A DNA stretch of 64,000 nt from assembly GCA_951406725.2 (NCBI GenBank), contig OX597824.1, positions 78,616,001 to 78,680,000 on the forward strand, read 5' to 3'. This DNA is from Octopus vulgaris (Eukaryota). The notes beneath the pieces were generated by a model. That model searched no databases. It saw nothing but the letters and a program-made list of their open reading frames with translations, and was not told the origin of the DNA. The position numbers and the translations under genes are program-made. Positions 14,528 to 27,925 of the stretch are shown piece after piece (the first letter of the stretch is position 1; each line of letters begins with the position of its first letter).

Positions 14528-14756
14528 CTTTATTTAAAGCAGCAGAAAATTCAACAAAATCTGTTACTCTGAGTTTCTCGTTGCCGTTCATCAGACAGTT
14601 TTTCTAGCAAAAACTGTCTGATGAACGGCAACGAGAAACTCAGAGTAACAGATTTTGTTGAATTTTCTGCTGCTTTAAATAAAGCATATTACTCTACCAC
14701 TGGTATTTGAGTACTCTTTTTTTCCACATTGTTTCACATTTATGTGTTTACTCCGG
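14528..14756 (+). mobile_element. fold-back Penelope-like pLTR insertion (family P1) in (TA)n
   Basis: Perfect 76-bp inverted arms 14528-14603 and 14609-14684, then a ~70-bp tail; relatives at 16196-16420 and 54927-55064. Confidence 0.75.
14614..14651 (+). ncRNA. minimal type I hammerhead ribozyme motif
   Basis: ctgt-CTGATGA-acggcaacga-GAAA-ctcagag-TA-acag: helix I ctgt/acag, intact core, short helix II with GCAA loop, minimal helix III. Confidence 0.7.
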
Positions 14757-14788
<32 letters not shown>

Positions 14789-14789
<1 letters not shown>

Positions 14790-15499
14790 TGCTCAAACAA
14801 AAATACCCATCTCTACTTATAGAAAATGGCATACAGCGGGCTATAAAAATACCTATACAACAACTTAGGACAACCCAAGGAAGAGGAAAACAAGAACAAG
14901 TCATACCATTCATAGTGACACACAACCCATGTCACCAGAATATCTTCAACATTGCCAAAGCAAACCTTCCAATCATTGCCCAAAGTAATGAATTAAAAGA
15001 CATAATCAAGGATCGAGCTATGGTGCTTAGTAAAAGACAGCCTAAAAACTTGAAAACATTACTAACAAAGGCAAAATTTGACCTCAGCAACAAAGACCAA
15101 ACATTCACGGTATCTAAATGCAATGATAGCCGATGTGGCACATGCCAATTCATACATACCGGTCAATATATAAACACAAAAACCGGAAAAATATTCACAA
15201 ACGCGAATATGAACTGCAAAAGCAGAAATTTAATTTACTGCATCAAATGCCCAAATTGTGAAGAAATATATGTAGGTCAGACGGGAAACGCACTATTAGA
15301 ACGCTCACGTGTACACCGGCAACAGATTAGAGACCCAGAGGTCCGTCAGATACCTTTGAGTAACCACCTAGCAACATGTGGTCGGAAAATATATATAATA
15401 TTTCCATTCTACAAATTACACAGCCCAAGTGAAATCGAGAGGAAAATCAGAGAAAAGAATTTTATTGATAAATTCGAACCCAAGCTAAATAAGCAATAA
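14789..15499 (+). CDS. Penelope-like polyprotein C-terminus: RT thumb/linker with Cys motif plus GIY-YIG endonuclease (5'-truncated, uninterrupted)
   Basis: CNDSRCGTC linker; NLIYCIKCPNCEEIYVGQT; ERSRVH; HLATC; IFPF; REKNFI...PKLN terminal motif. Confidence 0.85.
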
Positions 15500-15993
15500 T
15501 AATAATACTTAGAGGTATTACTTCCACTGCTACGACCATGACCACTAACAACAACAACAATACTAAAGGTGATCAAGACGAAGATAGCAGGAAAATTATC
15601 TTATTTAGGGTTAAAAGTTCTATTGCCACCACCATCACCACTAGCAACAATAATTAAGGTGCTGACAATGATGATGATGACAATTGAAATATAAAAATAT
15701 AAAAATCTCTGACAAAGGATATTTACAACATTTCTAAAAATAACCCAACAATTGCTGCTTCGGCCAGGGTCAAGATACAGGACTCTTGACCTGTCCAACA
15801 AAGCGTGATGCCTAAACCAATCAGCTCAACCAACCAATCAGCTTAAGTAATTGAGTGATACTACACACTGATTGGTCAGAATACAGTTTGCAAAACCTAG
15901 CACTCTGGAGCCTACCCAGCTGTATTTATAGCACAGAATCACTCATCTTGCTACAGTCAAAAATTGTGAAGCATGACTGTCAACACTACTACA

Positions 15994-16038
15994 TGAACCC
16001 GAAGATTGCAGAATTCAATGCATGAAAGTACTAGTTCA
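15994..16038 (+). ncRNA. minimal hammerhead motif in the PLE 3' UTR (CCGAAGA core variant)
   Basis: tgaac-CCGAAGA-ttgca...tgcat-GAAA-gtac-TA-gttca; palindromic AGTACT helix III. Confidence 0.6.
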
Positions 16039-16163
16039 ATCAGAATGAATATTTAACATTCTACTATTTCATTTTATTTTATTCAATTATAATATATTAT
16101 CTTATAATATATCATTATAAGATTGTAAATAAAACGTGAAAATCAGACAAGGTTGGAATTCTT

Positions 16164-16195
<32 letters not shown>

Positions 16196-16420
16196 CTTTA
16201 TTTAAAAGCACCAGAAATATAACAAAAGCTGTTACTCAGAGTTTCACCTTCCCGTTCGTCGGGCAGTTTTGTTAACAGAACTGTCCGACAAACGAGAACG
16301 TGAAACTCTGAGTAACAGCTTTGTTATAATTCTACTGCTTTTAAATAAAACATATTACTCTACCTCTGGTATTTGACTACACTTTTTTCCACCTTGTTTC
16401 ACATTTATGTGCTTACTCCA
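16196..16420 (+). mobile_element. fold-back pLTR insertion, family P1, older copy
   Basis: Imperfect palindrome centred on gttaac (16271-16276), same arm start ctttatttaaa, same tail. Confidence 0.75.
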
Positions 16421-16455
<35 letters not shown>

Positions 16456-16894
16456 TGTATGTATGTATGTATAGGAGAGTATTGTAGTTCGCTTGAAGCA
16501 TTGTGTATTGTTTGTAAAGAATAAAAAGTTTTGAATGGTACAACAATGTACTAAAATACAGACAATGGGCTATTTACCTGTTGTAATTTAGTCATCCATA
16601 GTCTGATATGATATTCCGGAATAATATTCCTTCTTCAGATATTCTTAGATGGAGTTGCTGCTATATTTACAGTTGCCCGGGAACAGAATTTCCCACACCC
16701 CCAGCGCTTGACAACCGATATTGGTTTGCCTACACCTCCGTAAGGTAGCGTTTCGGAAAAATAAATTATAAAACAAGAAAATGAGGCAAAATGAGTAATG
16801 ACTAACCTCAGTAAATTCTTTTTAACTGCACGATACCAAAATATATCGGGAAGAGAGCCTCTTCCAGCAGATCATGAAGAAGCTATTCCGAATA

Positions 16895-17406
16895 CTGTAA
16901 ATCTTCGAGTATAATCCGCATTTTTTTCCCAAAATTTAAAGGTCAAAATCCCTAGTGCGTACTACATACGAGGTTAAAAATGAAAAATATTTTCTAAGCA
17001 ATGTCCGAATCTCTAATTGCTGCCCCGAAATGTTTATTCAGACGCATTTTGTGATGTCGGGTGCGAAAATACCTTAAGCTAAACCTGAAAGCAATGAAGT
17101 CATAAAAGAACCATCCATAACTTGCAGTAAGCAACATTTATTAAACGTTATTACTGTTATTTCTTTATTTTCTGCAAACAAAATGCACAAAAAAGCTACA
17201 CGTTTGCATTATGTTATATATACAATAATAATAAAGGACGTTACCGTATACATTTTTACAAACCAAGGACGTTATATAGGCCTCTTTGACACAAGTTAGA
17301 GAAGGAGTGCGTATTATACACAAGATTTAGGTTTTTGAGATGTACAGCCCCCTAAAAAAAACCTGCATATTATACTCAAGGGCGGACTATTCTCGAGGAT
17401 TTACGG
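16895..17406. mobile_element. non-autonomous Tc1/mariner-superfamily (pogo-like) element
   Basis: TIR c(c/t)gtaaatc(c/t)tcgag(t/a)ata(a/g)tccgc with TA on both flanks; second copy at 19000-19521. Confidence 0.85.
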
Positions 17407-17434
17407 TACTTTATTTTGACCTTTTAGATTTATT

Positions 17435-17605
17435 CGAGTTTCGTTATTTTCGTATCATGTGCCATACTTCCAAAATCTTCTTTCACTTGACCTAGATACA
17501 TTTCTTTTTTATTATGTTTCTGATCTTTCTGGTGTCTAAGGATGGATATTGATGTGTATGAGATGTTTTTCAAATGTAATTCTGCAGAACAGAAGCGGCA
17601 AATTT
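17435..17605 (-). pseudogene. possible zinc-finger remnant of a DNA transposase
   Basis: Minus frame ICRFCSAELHLKNISYTSISILRHQKDQKH (CxxC...H...H), then a stop. Confidence 0.25.
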
Positions 17606-18020
17606 ACCTTACTTTGTCAGAAGTCATTTTGTCTCACCTAAATTTTTCTCTTTTGCATGATCAAAGACAGCGGAGACAGTTTTCTGAAATAGTGTTCTGA
17701 ATACGTTATAATGTTTTTAATTCGTTTTGAGAAGCTCATTTGCTTAGCTGATATAATTTTTGTATGGTAGAGGACAACTGTAAAAAAAAAGTAATATTTT
17801 ATCTCACGAAGTGAAAAGTGCAGTCAATATTACTCATTATGCCCCGCTCTTTCTAAAGTGATATTACTCCAGTGACCCTGCAAAGAAAGTGTTTTAGTCA
17901 CCCGTATCAGTATATTAGGGATAGTATTCCTTCAGTCACAATACGCATTTCATGTCAAGATTATAGGTGAGAATAGGCTCGAAAGCCAACCCTTATATAT
18001 AAGAAAAACAAATCGTATAC

Positions 18021-18130
<110 letters not shown>

Positions 18131-18332
18131 GTATATATACTCAAAATAAGCAACACAGATATCCAAGGCAAAGTAGTACAATTGTTTCATGCTACTTCAT
18201 TTTATTAAACACTGTATTACATCAGTTTTAAAATGTCGAGCAATCTTCAGCCAAATATAGAATTTTCCAATTAAACGGACAATGCACATTCTTATCCCTA
18301 TTTCATTTGCCTAATTGATATGAGCCTATTTC

Positions 18333-18364
<32 letters not shown>

Positions 18365-18379
18365 ATAGGTGTATGTGTG

Positions 18380-18615
18380 TCTGTATATATTTATGTGTAT
18401 GTATCTTTGTGTCTGTGTTTGTCCCCCCACCATCGCATGACAACCGATGTTGGTGTGTTTACGTACTCGTAACTTAGCAGTTCGGCAAAGAGACCGATAT
18501 AATAAGTACAAGGCTTACAAAGAACAAGTCCTGGGGTCGATTTCTTCGACCAAAACCCATTAGGGTGGTGCTCCAGCATGGCCGCAGTCAAAATGACTGA
18601 AACCTGTAAAAGAAC
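18380..18615 (+). mobile_element. SINE A 3' half
   Basis: gacaaccgatgttggtgtg...ctccagcatggccgcagtcaaaatgactgaaac. Confidence 0.85.
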
Positions 18616-18999
18616 AAAACAGCATCTGGTTCTATGAAAGAAAATTCTTATTTTAAAGGAATCTATATTTAAACTTTCCATCAAATATTCGTGTTGAATT
18701 TATATTTTAAACACCGGCTAAATAAGGACAGAGTTATTGCATTAAATTTCTCGTTATTTTCAGGTGTGGCTGTGGGGTTAAGAAGTTCGCTTTGCAACCA
18801 TATGGTTTCGGTTTCGATCCCACTGCCCGAAACGCGAAATTTTTTTCCCACGAGAGTTCCGGACCCCAGTAATGAACTCATTTGCATACAGCCAATTAGA
18901 GCTCACCTTGACCTTATTGTCAAGTCTACAAAGGTTAGCATTCATGATGTAAGTCGACCGATCGCCAAGTTATGCCTGATTTTAGGAGACAAGTAATTA

Positions 19000-19521
19000 C
19001 CGTAAATCATCGAGTATAATCCGCATTTTCCCCCCAAAATTTAAAGGTCAAAATCCCTAGTGCGTACTACATACGAGGTTAAAAATGAAAAATATATTCT
19101 AAGCAATGTCTGAGTCTCTATTTGCTGTCCGGCGATGCTTATTCAGACGCATTTTGTGATGTCGGGCGCGAAAATATATTAAGCTAAGCCTGAAAGCAAT
19201 GAAGTCATAAAAGAATCACCCATAACTTGCAGTAAGCAACATTTATTAAAATAAAAGTATTCAGAACACAGAATAACATGTAACAAAAACAATTTTCAAA
19301 CATATTTACATTCCCATACAATAGTTAAGAACATCACCATTATTGTATTACGCATGCGCGGAAGTGTTTGTTCGACTAGGTGCTGCTGGCTTAATTTCGC
19401 ACGACTCAAGTTAGAGAAGGGGTGCGTATTATACACTAGGTTTAGGTTTTTCAGAGGTACAGCCTCCTAAAAATCTCCTGCGTATTATACTCAAGGGTGG
19501 ACTATACTCGAGGATTTACGG
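19000..19521. mobile_element. second copy of the pogo-like MITE with a different central segment
   Basis: ta|ccgtaaatcatcgagtataatccgc...ggactatactcgaggatttacgg|ta. Confidence 0.85.
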
Positions 19522-19775
19522 TAGATAGATTTGCATCTATACCTATTATCAGATTTTATTAAGGTCCCATATGGTAAAGATGTGAATGGGAAGAATGTGG
19601 GTAGAGGGTGATATGCTAGCAACCCTCTCCCCTTATTGTTTTACAAAGTAATCAACGACAAAAATAGCTACGCAGAGTCAGCAATGGTTGAAACAAGAAC
19701 AAGAACAACAAGAATTATTAAAAGAGAAAAGAAGCGTGGTCATTCCTTACCCAAGCGTTTGTGTCTATCACCCTG

Positions 19776-20075
19776 TGAAGGCGCGTGGCTTAGTGATTCG
19801 GTTAACGATCATAAAGTCGTGAGTTCGATTCCCAGCTCGCGTCGTGTCCCAGAGCAAGACACATTATCCCACATTGCTCCAGTCTACTCAGCTGGCAAAA
19901 ATGAGTTGCACATGTAATTCAAAGGACCGACTTTGTCACAGCGAATTTACCTGATAATTCCGTTAAGTGTACACGTGTCTGTGGAGTGCTCGGCCACTTG
20001 CACGTTTGTTTCAAGAGTTAGCTGTTTTGTTGAACAGATCAACTGGAACCCATGTCGTCGTCACCAACAAAGTAT
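19776..20075 (+). mobile_element. tRNA-derived SINE sharing the family C 3' region
   Basis: gaaggcgcgtggcttagtg head, gagttcgattccc B box; tail tacacgtgtctgtggagtgctc...gtcgtcgtc as in 25555-25680. Confidence 0.7.
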
Positions 20076-20698
20076 CAGTGTGTCACCTATCTCTAACTGA
20101 CAGCCGGTGTAGGTTTGTTTGTCTTCCCATAATTTAGCAGTTCGGCAACAAAATGTCCGATAAAATAAGTACCAGATTTTTTTTAAAGTACAATCACTGA
20201 TACCGATTACTGAGATCGATTTTCAATTGAAACCCTTCAAGCTGATGTCCCAGGAAACCGTAGTTCACTGACAAAAAAACAAGTAAAAAAGGAAACTAAA
20301 AGATCTGTTCTCCAAACATCTAATACTCGATCGATTTTACAACCAGACACCAGACCAAGTATCCAATTTTTACCTTCTACTCAATCGGTTTTACCATCAG
20401 AGAGACTGAGTACTTCTCTTTTATCAGCTATCTTCTCAATCGATTTTACAATCAAGCCGAGTATTCGCTTTTAATCCTCTTACAAGCAGCTACAACAAAC
20501 CAACTATTATTTTTACAACGAAACTGGCCAATTCTTTAGAAAATCAGCTTTGCGTAATATTTATATTTTATCAAATTTTGTTCTGATGTCAGCAAACGAC
20601 TCAGTGAAGAGACTACAACGAGCATTGTGTGAATTGTTTGAGATTTTTCCGCAATATTGCTTCAGGTTGTCTATTAAATAATAGGTTATCTATGTATA

Positions 20699-20770
<72 letters not shown>

Positions 20771-20838
20771 TATTGTGCTTGTGTGTGAATTATCTGATAT
20801 TTTCCGGCATTTAGCTTCAGGCTATCAAAGAATAGGCT

Positions 20839-20873
<35 letters not shown>

Positions 20874-20900
20874 CTGTATGTGCGTAGTATCTATGCAGGC

Positions 20901-20993
<93 letters not shown>

Positions 20994-21002
20994 TGATGTA
21001 TG

Positions 21003-21082
<80 letters not shown>

Positions 21083-21292
21083 CATGTACATATAATTGTC
21101 TGTATGTATGTATGTATGTATGTATGATTCCGTATGTGTGCGTGTCTGTTTCAAATTATGTATGAAAGAGTGAATGGTGTGTATGAGTGAGTTTCAGTGT
21201 GTGTATGTATTCATGTTGTATATGTGCTTCAAGCTGTCTGTGAAACACTACATATAAACATGCACATACATACATACATACATACATACATA

Positions 21293-21355
<63 letters not shown>

Positions 21356-21404
21356 TATATGTCCGTCTTCTCTTTATTTTGTTTATGAATCTCTTTATCT
21401 CTCT

Positions 21405-21451
<47 letters not shown>

Positions 21452-21794
21452 AAGTGTGTTGACTACCATTACATTACACGGCCTTTTAAGTATTTACAAA
21501 ACTAAAACCAGACTACATTCACTGTTAAGATACGTGGTGGGAATGCATCGGATAGATATGGCTGGTGGACAGCGGTAACAACAATGACAACGTAATGTCC
21601 CGGTTGATAACTGTCATCTTTGGAAATGTTTCTCCACAGATTATGTTTGTGTTGTTGGTGCTGACTCTAGAGAGCTACGAAAAGATTTGATAACCGTGAG
21701 CTGAACAGCCATTTTAAACATGAACACTATGCAGAAATAGTTATACATACAAATTCTCAGAGTAAAATACTTCGCACTGGTTCGTATTCTTCCC

Positions 21795-22440
21795 AATCTA
21801 TGCTCATTACCTGCTTAGGGTGCGGTAATCAATATATTGGCCGAACAGGAATATCACTCCGTCTAAGAACCACTCTTCAAAAAGAACAAATCCGCACCCA
21901 CAATACAGACAGATACAGGTCAGTGAACACATAGAAAGGTGTGCTAGGAACCTTAATCCTAACTTCCTAATTTTCCCCTTCTATCAATGTTCACAGTACA
22001 GCTCAGTCCAGCAAAGAATGAATAAAGAGGCAACTTTCATCAATAAATATCATCCACAACTTAACATGAACACATAACATAATACAGAACACTACCAACC
22101 CTACCAATAATACCACTAACTCCCATACAGTCCATATTCGATTCATATTACAGTATTATATCTAACCTTATTGCACCACGTCCAGAACTACTTACCTCTC
22201 TCACACATAATCTTTTTATCCAAGGACTAGTAAACCCGGCACCGTTTGGAAATCGGTGCTCATGCAAAGCCAGTGAACAGCGCTTGACGATACCGGTATG
22301 ACTTTGAATCTCTTTAAAAATTCAAAATAATAACTATTATTCCTCTTAATTCTATATTTTTATCGTTACTTTTCATAGAAAAAGCCTTTATTTTTTTATA
22401 TCCAATGTGTATTTTCGCTTCTTTTCTTCTTACTTTCTCC
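21795..22440 (+). pseudogene. second Penelope-like 3' end (frameshifted GIY-YIG plus 3' UTR)
   Basis: IY/ITCLGCGNQYIGRTG...EQIR/PQYRQIQVSEHIERC...FLIFPFYQ...KEATFINKYHPQLN, stop at 22075-22077; ends at (TA)n. Confidence 0.8.
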
Positions 22441-22458
22441 ATATATATATACATATAT

Positions 22459-22688
22459 TATATTAAATTAGAGACAAAACCACTATTATGCAAATCAAAC
22501 AAATAATTGTTAAATTTCTAAATAATATAAATTAATTTATGTATTGGATTAAGTCTTTCTTTGTTTGATTTGCATAATAGTGGTTTTGTCTCTAATTTAA
22601 TATAATATAATATTTTACTATAAAATTGGATTCAATCCTAAATCTGATTTTTCCCTGTAAGTTTGGATTTATTCCCTAATATTTATTA

Positions 22689-22692
<4 letters not shown>
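22459..22692 (+). mobile_element. fold-back insertion (family P2) in (TA)n
   Basis: 45-bp inverted arms 22459-22503 and 22560-22604, then an ~85-bp tail to (TA)n. Confidence 0.6.
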
Positions 22693-22749
<57 letters not shown>

Positions 22750-23479
22750 GACAAACGTCTTTCAGTTTCTGCCTGCCAAATCCACTCACAAGGCTTTTAG
22801 CAAAATAAATGACCATTCTGAGATAATGTCATAAGATAATAAATTTGAACAATTACTTGTCAAGAGACAAGTAATTATTCTAACGTTTCACTCCAAAGGA
22901 AACCTGTACCATATGGTCACTTCCTTAGCACGGCAGGAGACCAAAACCTGTCGGCTTACAGAATTGATTTTGGCAATATGTCATTACTATCGCAGGCTTT
23001 GTCACATTTGCGTTACGAGTCATTACAAGGAGCTATTAAGCCAAGATTTAGTTACATCCACCCTTGTACATGCATACATACACATCTATTTAACACTAAT
23101 CTACATACTTATGTATGTGCTCATACACATAGCTATCTAAACAAACAATCCCATTTTTCACTCCCGTGAACGTATATTATTTCATGCTACGAAATATGCT
23201 CATATATAAATACTTTTTCCTTATTTATATCCATCCATTTGCAATTTTCAGCTTATGATCATAAAAGAAATATAATGCTATGGGGTAAACGAATTAGGTT
23301 CGTTCGTTCCAACCTACTTCGGTCAATAAATCGGAATAAATCCATTCGCGTATAATAATGCTACTATGGAAATACATGCTATGTTCATTCTATAAATAGG
23401 TCTTGAAAGTACATATATATTAGTGCGTCATGGTAAATGCATCTACCGGTCTGTCAGTCTATCTATATATCTGTACACG

Positions 23480-23636
23480 AGTGTCTGTGTTGTAAGTAGC
23501 TTGCTTACCAACCATATGGTTCCGGGTTCAGTGCCACTGCGTGGCACCTTGGGCAAGTATCTTCTACTATGACCTCGAGCCGACCAAAGCCTTGTGAGTG
23601 GATTTGGTAGAGGGAAACTGAAAGAACCCCGTCGAA

Positions 23637-23701
<65 letters not shown>

Positions 23702-23899
23702 GTGTGTTTGTGTATTTGTACCCCAACATCGCTTGACAACTGATGCTGGTGTGTTTACGTCTCCGTAACTTAACGGTTCGGCAAAAGAGACCGATAGAAT
23801 AAGTACTAGGCTTATAACAAATAAGCCCTAGGGTCGATTTACTCGACTAAAGTGGGTACTCCAGCATGGTCGAAGTCAAATGACTGAAACAATTAAAGA

Positions 23900-23900
<1 letters not shown>
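23480..23900 (+). mobile_element. SINE A
   Basis: Full family layout with internal (GT)n. Confidence 0.9.
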
Positions 23901-23930
<30 letters not shown>

Positions 23931-24016
23931 CACACACACACACGCATATACATAGATAGAGAGATAGACAGACAAAGAGCTAGATACATACATACATACA
24001 TAGACAGACAGAAGAC

Positions 24017-24083
<67 letters not shown>

Positions 24084-24680
24084 GATAGATAGACAGGCAG
24101 ACAGACAGACAGACAGGCAGACAGACAGATAGATAGATAGATAAGTTTCTTTATTGGCCACACAGGGCTGCACACAGATGGGACAAGTTACAAGGTAGAG
24201 CTTTTCTTTTGGGGAAGAAAAAAAAAAGAAAAAAGGTGGCGTAGGTTTTCGATCAAAAGGGATTGTAAAAGGGAAAAAAGAACAAAAAAAAAGAAAAAAA
24301 GAAAAAAATGGAAAAGAAAAAAATAAAAAAAGAAGAAAAAGAAAAAGAGAGATTTACCTATAGGTGTGTGTATGTATATATACGCGTATGTACCGATGTA
24401 TGTATTTATGAAATAGCGGAAGTGTTCTCTGTATTTATCCCATGACATCTCTTTCTATCGTTGACGTCGTATTTTATTCAAGCACCAACATCCCACCGTT
24501 TAGGAAGACAGGTCTTTACTGTCAATTAAGAACAGCTGTTCATTACATGTGTAATACATATGTGTTATACAGATATATTTATGAGTGTGTATATTTAATC
24601 ATATATATATATATATATAAATGCTGTGTATTTGTATATGTATGTACGCATATATATACACACACGCGCACACATTATAC

Positions 24681-24737
<57 letters not shown>

Positions 24738-24755
24738 TGTGTGTGTGTGTGTGTC

Positions 24756-24802
<47 letters not shown>

Positions 24803-25042
24803 GTATCCTGGCGACACTTACAGAGATGACACGATAACAGATTAGCGTGATACATAGTGACAATTGTTGGTGACAACTAATTTAGTCAACATAATATAAT
24901 GAAAAACTAATAAACCGAGGCGAAGAATGCATTGATGATGATGATGATGATGATGATGACGATGACGACGACGATGATGAACATGATCACGTCTATGACG
25001 ATGAAGGTACAAATGATGTTACGATGACAGTGATAATGATGA

Positions 25043-25258
25043 TGAGCTGGCAGAAACGTTAGCACGCCGGGCAAAATGCGTAGCCGTATTTCGTCTGCCG
25101 TTACGTTGTGAGTTCAAATTCCGCCGAGGTCGACTTTGCCTTTCATCCTTTCGGGGTCGATTAAATAAGTACCAGTTACGCACTGGGGTCGATATAATCA
25201 ACTTAATCCGTTTGTTTGTCCCCTCTATGTTTAGCCCCTTGTGGGTAGTAAAGAAACA
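25043..25258 (+). mobile_element. SINE B with target-site duplication
   Basis: gataatgatgatga on both sides (25033-25046, 25259-25272). Confidence 0.9.
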
Positions 25259-25554
25259 GATAATGATGATGATAATGACGACAAGATGACGATGACGATG
25301 ATGATGGTTTTGATGATGATGGTGGAGTTGTTGCGGTTGATAATTAGGAAAGGAGGAAGATGACGATGACGAAGATGACGACATCGACGACGTCTACGAC
25401 AACGACGACGAGGATGATGATGATGATGATGATGACGATGACGACGACGGTGGCGGTGGTGGTGGTGGTGGTGGTGGTGGTGGTGGGGAATCGTCCGTTT
25501 AGTTCGACGATAAGCATTCGGCAGTTCAGCCAACGGAGTACCAGAGATATATGT

Positions 25555-25940
25555 GGTGGAAGCACTCCGTCGGTTACGACGACGAGGGTTCCGGTTGATC
25601 CGAATCAACGGAACAGCCTGCTCGTGAAATTAACGTGTAAGTGGCTGAGCACTCCACAGACACGTGTACCCTTAACGTAGTTCTCAGGGATATTCAGCGT
25701 GACACAGAGAGTGACAAGGCCGGCCCTTTGAAATATAGGTACAACAGAAGCAGGAAGTAAGAGTGAGAGAAAGTTGTGGTGAAAGAGTACAGCAGGGATC
25801 ACCACCATCCCCTGCCGGAGCCTCGTGGAGCTTTAGGTGTTTTCGCTCAATAAACACTCACAACGCCCGGTCTGGGAATCGAAACCGCGATCCTACGACC
25901 GCGAGTCCGCTGCCCTAACCACTGGGCCATTGCGCCTCCA
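25555..25940 (-). mobile_element. SINE C, full length with TSD
   Basis: ccagagatatatgt duplicated at 25541-25554 and 25938-25951. Confidence 0.9.
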
Positions 25941-26490
25941 GAGATATATGTAATTTATAAATTAATAGCAGGACTAATGTTGTAAACATTATCGGCCGCG
26001 CATACTCAGTGTATGTGTCTTGTTTGTTCGCCGGTTCGCAGCGGAATAACGCTCGGGGAACGACTCTCTTATAACGCTAGGTGTTAAAACACCTGAATTC
26101 CATAGACATACATTCCAAGACAGCACGCTTCCGATCGAATTTAGGAGTGATGGCTACCGATATTTCGTTACTTTTGTGGCTTATGAATATCATTTACCTG
26201 AATCGAACCGGGGACGCATCGAATCGGGAACTATATATAAATAGTGTAAGAACTATCAACTGGTATGACGCGGCGATACATGGATAAGATTAAATTCAAT
26301 AACGGATAAAAAGCAATACCAGTGTTGTAAACCTTATCGATCTCACACTATCTATATATCGTCATGGACTGGCAATTCGTAGTTTAGCCACGTAACCATG
26401 CCTGTACCTATATCGCTCAGTGTTCTGAGTTCAAATTCCGCTAAATTCAGTTTTTCCTGCATTCTTCAAGTGATGATACGATGAAATACC

Positions 26491-26901
26491 TATTTCTTTA
26501 CTACCCACAAGGGGCTAAACACAGAGAGGACAAACAAGGACAGATAAACGGATTAAGTCGATTATATCGACCCCAGTGCGTAACTGGTACTTATTTAATC
26601 GACCCCGAAAGGATGAAAGGCAAAGTCGACCTCGGCGGAATTTGAACTCAGAACGTAGTGGCAGACGAAATACCTATTTCTTTACTACCCACAAGGGGTT
26701 AAACACAGAGAGGACAAACAAGGACAAGGATTAAGTCGATTATATCGACCCCAGTGCGTAACTGGTGCTTAATTTATCGACCCCGAAAGGATGAAAGTCA
26801 AAGTCGACCTCGGCGGAATTTGAACTCAGAACGTAGTGGCAGACGAAATACCGCTAAGCGTTTCACCCGGCGTGCTAACGTTTCTGCCAGCTCGCCGCCT
26901 T
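26491..26901 (-). mobile_element. SINE B dimer with TSD, inside a decayed plus-strand SINE B
   Basis: gatgatacgatgaaatacc-type duplication at ~26472-26490 and ~26903-26921. Confidence 0.85.
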
Positions 26902-27374
26902 CGATGATACGATGAAATACCAGTCATGCGTCGTCGATATCATCGGCTGTTTTCCTGTTCTCCCCCAAAAGGTGTGGCTCCGTATTTGTATTAGTAATCA
27001 ATATTTAATTAACTCAAAAGAAATTAGAAATTTTCCTTTACATTTTATCTCCTTTTTTTTTTCTTTGCTATTTTTCTTAAATATCGACAGTTATATATTT
27101 TTTTCTTTTTGATTCTGGTTGTTGCTGTAATTGATGTAGTTCCTATTGACGTTGTCATCATTATCATCGCCGTCATCGCCGTCATCGTTGTTGTCGACGT
27201 CGTTCTTGTCATTGTTAAATTAATAAAATTAATAAAATTAACAAAGCATGTATGAATTGAATTGAATTGGTCGGTGATAGAATGTGTGTTCTCTTTTGAT
27301 AAATTGCTGACTTTAGAAAGCATGTGGTGTACACACTCACACTCACACACACATGCACGCACCGATATATGCAT

Positions 27375-27817
27375 ACTCTTACTCTTTTACTCTTTTACTT
27401 GTTTCAGTCATTTGACTGCGGCCATGCTGGAGCACCACCTTTAATCGAGCAACTCGACCCCGGGACTTATTCTTTTTGTAAGCCCAGTACTTATTCTATC
27501 GGTGACTTTTGCCGAACCGCTAAGTGACGGGGACATAAACACACCAGCATCGGTTGTCAAGCAATGCTAGGGGGACAAACACAGACACACAAACATATAC
27601 ACACACACATATACATATATATACATATATACGACAGGCTTCTTTCAGTTTCCGTCTACCAAATCCACTCATAAGGCATTGGTCGGCCCGGGGCTATAGC
27701 AGAAGACACTTGCCCAAGATGCCACGTAGTGGGACTGAACCCGCAACCATGTGGTTGGTTAGCAAGCTACTTACCACACAGCCACTCCTGCGCCTATCCA
27801 CACAGCCACTCCTGCGC
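27375..27817 (-). mobile_element. SINE A with a duplicated 5' 20-mer
   Basis: Family match; ccacacagccactcctgcgc occurs twice. Confidence 0.9.
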
Positions 27818-27925
27818 ATGTTCACATATGCATATATATTCACACACATTTGTATATATCGACATATTGTTGTGACCCCCTTCGGTCATGAATGACCATG
27901 GGATTGCACCTAGAAAGTTACCACG

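Larger units (their letters stand above)
14785..16170 (+). mobile_element. 5'-truncated Penelope-like element (Neptune-like) between (TA)n tracts
   Basis: GIY-YIG ORF followed by a 3' UTR containing a hammerhead motif; both ends abut (TA)n. Confidence 0.85.

Noticed and set aside
14528-16420. LTR retrotransposon with P1 copies as LTRs
   Set aside because: No TG...CA ends, PBS or PPT; copies are diverged and separated from the ORF by (TA)n
25860-25940. tRNA genes at SINE heads (also 60064, 6117, 54415)
   Set aside because: A/B boxes run into SINE bodies with TSDs; no complete cloverleaf is supportable
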